From the NCBI RefSeq assembly GCF_000145295.1, contig NC_014408.1:810001-842000 (forward strand): 32,000 nt of DNA. Reading direction: 5' to 3'. Below, piece after piece: positions 17,160-23,108 of the stretch. This DNA comes from Methanothermobacter marburgensis str. Marburg. Lineage in GTDB: Archaea > Methanobacteriota > Methanobacteria > Methanobacteriales > Methanothermobacteraceae. Both the position numbers and the translations under genes were made by a program. The notes below the pieces were generated by a model. It was not told the DNA's origin and did not search any database. It saw only the letters and a list, made by a program, of their open reading frames with translations. Positions within the stretch are counted from its first letter, which is position 1. Each line of letters opens with the position of its first letter.

Positions 17160-18299
17160 TTACCCCAGTTTCTGATGAACCACTTCCTGAAGAGCGTAAT
17201 TAAAATGTTTTGAAAAAAATCCTTTTTTTAATCTTTCATTGCAGAAATCAAAACAACTGCCGTCCAATAATTTTTCATAATACAAATCCCTTTCCCTCAT
17301 AAAAACCCAAGCGTTATGTATTGCTCTGCTCTTAAAATCAGAGTCTAATACTTCTATTTTCTCTTTTAAAGATTTGTATCTGCAAATTGGGCATTCACAA
17401 AGATCTAAGAGTTTTTTGTCATCTTTACTTAAAGAAGGCCTTCCATTGTTTTTATTAAGAGGATATCTATCACCTACTCCTGGCAGTTGAATACAGCCAT
17501 AGGCCGCTTTTAATCTCCAACCCATTGAGTCAAGGGAATCAACACCTAAGGAGTACATCAGATGCATGGATTTCGCGCTACCAATACCAAAAACATGCAA
17601 TAAAGAATCTGGGAATTCCTTCCTTACCATTCTTACCGAGTCTATTATGAAGTTAACACTATTTTTAAATTTTTTACTCCCTCTGCATTTAAAAATCAAA
17701 GGAACTATACTGCCCAATCCAATAATAGGAGGATTCTCATGAATCTTCTTTATGTCATTACAACTATTTCTAAGATCTTCTAAAGAATAACCATGAACAA
17801 CAGGTATTAACGGAATTTTACCATTTTTTAACATTAAATCAGAATTTTGAAGAGTTTTCATCCATCTATCCTTATTCTTCATCTCATTTTCCAAGGGATT
17901 GAGCGGATGATCAAGCACAACACCTAGATCTGGCTTGGACATTTCATAAAGTTCAAGTATGTCTTCTGGATCAACTTCTAAACTATCCTTTTTCTGAAAG
18001 GAGAATCCTCCAGAGTCCATTATCACTAAACCATCGAAGCCCAGATATTTGTGGATCCCTTTTTCGCATATTTCTTCGTATACTCTTCGATTTCTAATAA
18101 TTTCATATGCACTAACCATGATGGTCTCAATATCAAAATGATTCCATATATGTGGCTGAGCTGAGGGAAGGTGCCCTAGCCATAATAAAGGTGTATAAAC
18201 TGATTTTTTGTTAATTTTTAACTTTGCAGATCTTACAAGAGGAAATATATCATCAACATAATAATCTTCAAAGGAAACTTTACTACTCCACAAGCTCAC
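17160..18299 (-). CDS. TGT-fold base-exchange enzyme (tRNA-guanine transglycosylase superfamily; DpdA-like catalytic-domain-only protein)
   Basis: 379-aa track ORF with a GTG start 3 nt after GGGTGAT. Motifs in TGT order: VIMDSGGFSF (D95), VVLDHP, PVVHGYSLEDLR, IIGLGSIVP, LLHVFGIGSAKSMHLMYSLGVDSLDSMGW. Zinc motif CECPIC...H (C301, C303, C306, H328; nt 17316-17399). No PUA or other tRNA-binding extension. Confidence 0.8.
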   Translation of the reverse strand: MSLWSSKVSFEDYYVDDIFPLVRSAKLKINKKSVYTPLLWLGHLPSAQPHIWNHFDIETIMVSAYEIIRNRRVYEEICEKGIHKYLGFDGLVIMDSGGFSFQKKDSLEVDPEDILELYEMSKPDLGVVLDHPLNPLENEMKNKDRWMKTLQNSDLMLKNGKIPLIPVVHGYSLEDLRNSCNDIKKIHENPPIIGLGSIVPLIFKCRGSKKFKNSVNFIIDSVRMVRKEFPDSLLHVFGIGSAKSMHLMYSLGVDSLDSMGWRLKAAYGCIQLPGVGDRYPLNKNNGRPSLSKDDKKLLDLCECPICRYKSLKEKIEVLDSDFKSRAIHNAWVFMRERDLYYEKLLDGSCFDFCNERLKKGFFSKHFNYALQEVVHQKLG

Positions 18300-18486
18300 C
18301 TAATCACCCGCGCTTGATATGATAAATTATTACTGTAATGAATACATTGAGTTAGTAGCACTTCTATATATTCTCTAATCTTTACTATTAAATGATAACT
18401 ATTAACAAAAAATAAAAAAATTAAATAATAGCTACAAAGATAAATGTCATGTTACGAAAAATAACCATGATAAAAATAAATTAATA

Positions 18487-18840
18487 TTATCCGAGAAGGT
18501 CACTTAACCTCTCGGCGCTCCTCTTCATCTCTATCCTGATCATTCCCAGGTTCACATCCACGTCGGTTATCACGACGAGGATCCCCTCACCGGCATCGAT
18601 CATGAGGGTCTTACCACGTTTACCCTCAATCATGACCTGCTCGAGGGGCTCATGCTTTATCTCCTCGGCCGACCTCTCGGCTGTACCGAACACCGCTGAG
18701 GCCATTGCACCCACGAGTTCCGCGTCGATGTCACCTGAAACCTCACTCTCTATTATGAGACCGTCCTTTCCAACAACCAGGGATCCGTTAACACCGTTCA
18801 CCCTTCCAAGGTCCTTGAGTATCCTTTCTATCAACTTCAA
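18487..18840 (-). CDS. Roadblock/LC7 (MglB-like) domain protein
   Basis: 117-aa track [22 protein letters not shown]...[17 protein letters not shown]...[10 protein letters not shown] is the typical Roadblock/LC7 pattern. G+C is normal. Confidence 0.8.
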   Translation of the reverse strand: MKLIERILKDLGRVNGVNGSLVVGKDGLIIESEVSGDIDAELVGAMASAVFGTAERSAEEIKHEPLEQVMIEGKRGKTLMIDAGEGILVVITDVDVNLGMIRIEMKRSAERLSDLLG

Positions 18841-18845
18841 ACCCC

Positions 18846-19880
18846 CTATTCAAACATCTTCCTCATGCACCTTCTTATTGTACCCTCAGCTGCACGGTCC
18901 CCCATGACGGTTTTGAGTTCACCTGTGAGGGCCTGGGCAGCCACAAGGTCCGTGTGTTTAACTTCGGCGCCCTCGATCCATTTCATGACATCATCGTTGA
19001 GCTGGGAGATCTTCCTGAGGGCCGCGTCCAGTTCCTCCTGTTCATCAAGGAGGTGCATTGACTTTGCGCTTTTCACTAGGAGTTCAGGGTTCATGGCCCT
19101 GGCCATTCCATCAACACCTGATGTCTCAACCAGGGATGCCATGGTCTGGAGTGTCATGAGTATCTGCTTCTCAACCATCTCCTCAGGGGCCTTTATTATC
19201 TGGGTACCCACATAGTAGTAGTCCAGGACACCTGCAAGTGCCACCGCAGTGACCAGGGAGCCCATATCTGCAACTGCTGAGGTCACATCCGCCGGGACCA
19301 CGTAGGCGGTCTTACCAGTGCTCTCTGCGAGTTCAGCGCACCTTGCGATCTGTTCATCTGTTGCAATGTCAAGTTCCGCTGTGGGCCTTCCGCCTATAAC
19401 GTAGTGTTCGTGCTGCGGTGTCCCTGGCACAGCCGCAGGGTGCATTGAGGACACCCCTATATCTGTTCTGTCCATTTTTAATTCTTTTTCGAGGACATAG
19501 TATAACACCACCGGTGATACCGTACAGGTGTTGGCTATAACAGCCCCCTCTGGTAGCTCAGGGAGTATCTCCCTGGCTATCCTTACGGTTCCCTTTCCGA
19601 ATGGTGTGAAGAGCACAGCAACATCGGCTTCAGCTGAGGCCTCCTTATCATTATCTGTGACAGTTACACCTGCTTCCTCAACAAGGTTCCAGTGCCCATC
19701 TTCCAGTACGTCCCTTACAGGTTCTGCAAGTGTAACCTCGTGTCCGGCCTGTGCGAATTCCATGGCCATTCTGCTTCCGCCGTATGGAGCCTCCCCGCCG
19801 TACTTTTCAGGGAGGTTCAGTTCCTCAGTATATAATTTCTGATTACCAGCACCGTAAACTGTCACCTTCATTGTTATCAC
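18846..19880 (-). CDS. Hmd paralogue (H2-forming methylene-H4MPT dehydrogenase-related protein, HmdII/HmdIII type)
   Basis: Track [53 protein letters not shown] (compare Hmd GAIVTHACTIPT with the Fe-ligand Cys), [29 protein letters not shown]. The probable start is ATG 19871 (GAGTGAT 4 nt upstream) rather than GTG 19880. Confidence 0.85.
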   Translation of the reverse strand: MITMKVTVYGAGNQKLYTEELNLPEKYGGEAPYGGSRMAMEFAQAGHEVTLAEPVRDVLEDGHWNLVEEAGVTVTDNDKEASAEADVAVLFTPFGKGTVRIAREILPELPEGAVIANTCTVSPVVLYYVLEKELKMDRTDIGVSSMHPAAVPGTPQHEHYVIGGRPTAELDIATDEQIARCAELAESTGKTAYVVPADVTSAVADMGSLVTAVALAGVLDYYYVGTQIIKAPEEMVEKQILMTLQTMASLVETSGVDGMARAMNPELLVKSAKSMHLLDEQEELDAALRKISQLNDDVMKWIEGAEVKHTDLVAAQALTGELKTVMGDRAAEGTIRRCMRKMFE

Positions 19881-19970
19881 TCTTTCATGTGAAAGTCTCC
19901 AGAAGAAAAAATAGGTTATAGAAACTCACCCTATTAAAGTTTTTCCATGAACGGGCGGATAATATCATGT

Positions 19971-20020
19971 TATTACTCATTCAGAACATTGATATTCTAT
20001 TATTACTTATTCGAAACATT
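19971..20020. repeat. imperfect 20-bp direct repeat (17/20) with 30-bp period in a divergent promoter region
   Basis: TATTACTCATTCAGAACATT (19971-19990) and TATTACTTATTCGAAACATT (20001-20020). They lie between the Hmd-paralogue start (19871/19880, minus) and the K+ channel start (20129, plus). Confidence 0.5.
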
Positions 20021-20128
20021 AAATGGAGTTTTAATCTGAAAGATTTCATTTTCCGCTTGTGAAAGGTTATAAATAATCCATGATATAAATTAGTATCCAG
20101 TTCATGCTTTCTTCGAGGGGGTTCCGAT

Positions 20129-20890
20129 GTGAAAGATCTTCAGAAAGGTGTCAGGGTACTGTCTGAGGTTATTATTCTGCTTCTACTTGGACTCGATGGG
20201 CTATCACTGCTTGTCAGCACATTTCTTCCCCTTCAGCCCGGGACATTCTCAAGGATAGTCCTCCTGGACCTCCTCACCAGTATCACGGTTGTGACAGCCT
20301 ACATACTTCGGCCAGGAGTCCGCGACAGGTGGAACATTCCCGTTGTGATGGTGCCCTTCTACTTCATTGGCGTGAACCTCCTGGGGGCGAACCCTGATTC
20401 TGTCATACTTGCAGTTCTTAACCTCATAAAGGTTGTGGGGCTTTTCATTGCATTCAGGGACCTTGCGGGGTCTGTTGGGGAGTTCATAAGGACAAGCCGC
20501 CTAGGCTATGGCCTGGGGCTCTTTGTATCTGTGCTTTTCGTATTCACAATCGTCTTCTACCTGGTTGAGAGTCCGGTGAACCCCCTTGTGAGGACATATG
20601 AGGACTCATTATGGTACGTCCTCCAGACCATCACAACGGTGGGCTACGGTGATATAATACCCGTAACATCCCTTGGCAGGCTTACAGGTGTGATCATAAT
20701 GATCAGTGCCATTGCATCCACAAGCCTGATAACCGCGTCCGCTACATCCACACTCCTTGAGACCCTGAGGAAGGAGCAGGAGAGGATAGATTCCACACGG
20801 AGGGATGAGTTCAGGAGGCTCAGTGATAAGCTGGATGAACTCGAGATGAAACTTGAGAGAATAGAGGACATGCTTGAAAAACGCAGATGA
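20129..20890 (+). CDS. potassium channel family protein (TVGYGD pore) with a C-terminal coiled-coil tail
   Basis: 253-aa track ORF with a GTG start 7 nt after GGGGG. Selectivity filter TITTVGYGDIIP, several TM helices, and a charged C-terminus RKEQERIDSTRRDEFRRLSDKLDELEMKLERIEDMLEKRR. No RCK domain. Confidence 0.85.
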   Translation: MKDLQKGVRVLSEVIILLLLGLDGLSLLVSTFLPLQPGTFSRIVLLDLLTSITVVTAYILRPGVRDRWNIPVVMVPFYFIGVNLLGANPDSVILAVLNLIKVVGLFIAFRDLAGSVGEFIRTSRLGYGLGLFVSVLFVFTIVFYLVESPVNPLVRTYEDSLWYVLQTITTVGYGDIIPVTSLGRLTGVIIMISAIASTSLITASATSTLLETLRKEQERIDSTRRDEFRRLSDKLDELEMKLERIEDMLEKRR

Positions 20891-20903
20891 AGACTAACCC
20901 CCC

Positions 20904-20910
20904 AAAAAAA
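20904..20910 (-). terminator. oligo-T tract downstream of the 20921..21577 gene
   Basis: A7 on the + strand is T7 on the minus strand, 11 nt after the minus-strand stop. This fits archaeal oligo-T termination. Confidence 0.4.
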
Positions 20911-20920
20911 CACAGACAAA

Positions 20921-21577
20921 TTAACCCTTCACAGCTGTCCCGGTGGCTGTCACAGCTAGAACCTCCCCACCGAGGCCCCTGAGCACCGTGACCTCAACAT
21001 CGATGTCAACCACCCCCACAGCCCCCATGGACTCAGCATTCTGCAGCATGCGCTCAACAGCCAGCCTTCGAAGTTCGGTGATTTCATCGGGTTTCCCGAC
21101 AGCCTCCCCTGCGGCTATACATATCATTTCACCTCCAGCATCATATCCAAGGAGTATGGTCCCGTTTTTTGGCACCAGAAGGTCACCAACACCCTTACCT
21201 GCGAGTCCAAGGAGGTATGTTATGATTGCCGCGAGGAGGAAGTTCACTGCTGTGGGAAAGGCCGCCTGGAAGGCCAGCATCAGACCCCCCACCGTGAACA
21301 CATTCCACTCGATGGGTTCGGCCGGGAAGAACCAGCCGTAGATGTTCACGGCAAAAAAGACCAGGATCGCGCTTACAGCACCGGTGCTTGCCCCGTACTT
21401 CCTCCCTGCAATGTATGACTCGACGAATCCTGCGAGGAGGGGGGATACTATGTACATGATGTTGAAGCCGAATACCACAAGCTGGAACCTTACAGAGAGG
21501 ATGGCTGATAAGAGGCCCGCTGCAAGGCCCGCTGCAACCGCAATGACGGCCCACCTGTACCTCCCCACAGAAAACAC
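20921..21577 (-). CDS. membrane protein with a C-terminal YbjQ/UPF0145-like domain
   Basis: 218-aa track ORF with about four N-terminal TM helices. The C-terminus GEMICIAAGEAVG..AESMGAVGVVDIDVEVTVLRGLGGEVLAVTATGTAVKG parallels the neighbouring YbjQ-type protein. Confidence 0.7.
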   Translation of the reverse strand: MFSVGRYRWAVIAVAAGLAAGLLSAILSVRFQLVVFGFNIMYIVSPLLAGFVESYIAGRKYGASTGAVSAILVFFAVNIYGWFFPAEPIEWNVFTVGGLMLAFQAAFPTAVNFLLAAIITYLLGLAGKGVGDLLVPKNGTILLGYDAGGEMICIAAGEAVGKPDEITELRRLAVERMLQNAESMGAVGVVDIDVEVTVLRGLGGEVLAVTATGTAVKG

Positions 21578-21583
21578 CCCGGT

Positions 21584-21919
21584 TCACTCCTCAAGGGACA
21601 CCGCTGTCCCGGTGGCGGATACGAGGATAGTGTTACCCATTGTACCCCCAAGGTTGTGGTAGTCAATCCTCACCCCTATAATTGCGTCAGCCCCCAGCTT
21701 CTCTGCGGCCTCCCTCATGGAGGATAGGGCCAGTTCCCTTGCCCTTGCAAGTTCCCTCTCATAGGCCGATGTCCTCCCACCAACCACGTCCCTCACACCC
21801 GAGAAGAGGTCCTTGTATATGTTGGCCCCTATGAGCGCATCCCCGGTCACGATACCATGGTACCTGCCTATCACCTTACCCTCAACGGTATTCGACGTTA
21901 ATATGAGCATCAATAACAC
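21584..21919 (-). CDS. YbjQ/UPF0145 family (heavy-metal-binding-like) protein
   Basis: 111-aa track [68 protein letters not shown] is the typical family pattern. Confidence 0.8.
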   Translation of the reverse strand: MLLMLILTSNTVEGKVIGRYHGIVTGDALIGANIYKDLFSGVRDVVGGRTSAYERELARARELALSSMREAAEKLGADAIIGVRIDYHNLGGTMGNTILVSATGTAVSLEE

Positions 21920-22039
21920 CCCACTCTAACCATAGCCACTTCGTAGTCCCCATGCATTATTCCCCCCATCACCAACACCCACTCTAAATATATCCACAAT
22001 GGGATACATAGTTAACTGTACAGATAAAGGGGGGTTTAT

Positions 22040-22591
22040 ATGAGGGAATATTTTTTTCTGCTCCTCATCGTTGTGGCCGTTGCTGTCTCAGGCTGCACCG
22101 TCACAACCGAGGGCAACAATACAGTCCCGGACGTTCCATACAGGACGTACTCTGACAGTGAGATCTCATTCAGGTACCCTGCGAACTGGACCTCAGAGAA
22201 CCTGACGGTTGCAAGTCCAAACAGCATCGCAGCGGTCGCTGACCCATCAGGGGTGGATGAGGCAGGTAACCTTGAGACCCTGGTCATCATACAGAGCATT
22301 CCACTGCCATCAGGGAGGACCCTGAAGGACGTCTATGATGAAACCTACCGGGCCTTTTCAGGTGAGCCAGGTTACAGGCTGATCTCTGAGAGGACGCTCA
22401 CAGTTGACGGTGTAACCGCATATGAAAACATACACACCATCAACGTGGATGGGGTGGCGAAACAGGAACGTGCAACCTGGCTTGAGAAGAACGGGAAGAT
22501 CTACGTCATACTCTGCGGAACAACGCCTGAGAGGTTCGATTCTGAAAAGAGGAACTTTGACCTTATCACCTACTCCTTCCAGGTGAAGTGA
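22040..22591 (+). CDS. lipoprotein, function unknown (paralogue of the next gene)
   Basis: 183-aa track ORF. Signal peptide plus lipobox LLLIVVAVAVSGC. ISFRYPANW and the C-terminal NFDLITYSFQVK are shared with 22641..23105. Confidence 0.75.
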   Translation: MREYFFLLLIVVAVAVSGCTVTTEGNNTVPDVPYRTYSDSEISFRYPANWTSENLTVASPNSIAAVADPSGVDEAGNLETLVIIQSIPLPSGRTLKDVYDETYRAFSGEPGYRLISERTLTVDGVTAYENIHTINVDGVAKQERATWLEKNGKIYVILCGTTPERFDSEKRNFDLITYSFQVK

Positions 22592-22640
22592 TGAGAACCC
22601 TCACATCATTTTCTATCACTGCATCAATATCCAGGGTGAA

Positions 22641-23105
22641 GTGATGAGGCTCATTCCCCTTCTTTTTCTGATCATTGTATCTGTATCATGCTGCACAGCA
22701 GGCTACAGGGTCTTTGAGAACCATGAGATCATATTCCACTACCCCGCATCCTGGAGGCAGGTCTCCTTCATCCACCCACCATATGATGTGGAACGGGGTT
22801 ACGAGTATGCCATCACCGTTGCAGAGCCTGGCGGGGAACTCAGGACCATGGTCACGGTTGAAAAACTGAAGGCTGACTACAGGTTCCCTGTACCGGATAA
22901 TCTCACCGGAGAAAGGGAGGTCACAGTGAACGGCTACCGTGGGGTTGAGTTCATTTACCCTGAAAATGGTAGCATGGTGAGGGCGACCACAATTGTCACC
23001 CCCAGGGGGCGGTATGCCGTGATATGTAAGGCAGATAGGGGTGACTTTGAAATGGAGAAGGAAAACTTCGACCTTGTAACATACTCATTCAGGGTGAAGC
23101 AGTGA
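22641..23105 (+). CDS. secreted protein, function unknown (paralogue of the previous gene)
   Basis: 154-aa track ORF. The likely start is ATG 22644, 3 nt after GGGTGAA. Signal peptide LIPLLFLIIVSVSCC, then IIFHYPASW and the C-terminal NFDLVTYSFRVKQ. Confidence 0.75.
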   Translation: MMRLIPLLFLIIVSVSCCTAGYRVFENHEIIFHYPASWRQVSFIHPPYDVERGYEYAITVAEPGGELRTMVTVEKLKADYRFPVPDNLTGEREVTVNGYRGVEFIYPENGSMVRATTIVTPRGRYAVICKADRGDFEMEKENFDLVTYSFRVKQ

Positions 23106-23108
23106 AAA

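Larger units (their letters stand above)
6637..18486. other. AT-rich genomic island (~11.8 kb, seven genes), probably horizontally acquired; candidate defence/DNA-modification island
   Basis: Hand counts of sample 60-nt lines give ~25-32% G+C inside and ~50-55% outside. The encoded proteins are K/N/I/E-rich. The composition switches within a few nt of the gene ends at 6636/6640 and across the spacer 18300..18486. Confidence 0.8.

Noticed and set aside
7439-17175. Short + strand ORFs inside the island's minus-strand genes (7439..7681, 11613..11828, 11832..12029, 15561..15749, 16972..17175)
   Set aside because: They are F/L/S/I-rich products of AT-rich antisense frames. Each is fully contained in a much longer motif-bearing gene on the other strand.
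6637-18486. Island as a prophage, integrated plasmid, transposon or integrative element
   Set aside because: I recognised no integrase, transposase, capsid, terminase or replication genes. I also found no terminal inverted or direct repeats and no tRNA target. It stays classified only as a foreign-composition island.
20129-20890. K+ channel as an MthK-type Ca2+-gated RCK channel
   Set aside because: The protein is 253 aa and ends in a ~45-aa charged coiled coil. No RCK/TrkA Rossmann motif (GxGxxG) follows the pore.
20644-21662. Alternative-frame ORFs 20644..20919 (-), 20943..21341 (+), 21195..21587 (-) and 21342..21662 (+)
   Set aside because: They overlap the K+ channel and YbjQ-domain genes, which have clear family motifs. 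Their translations are Arg/Ser/Pro-rich with no signal.
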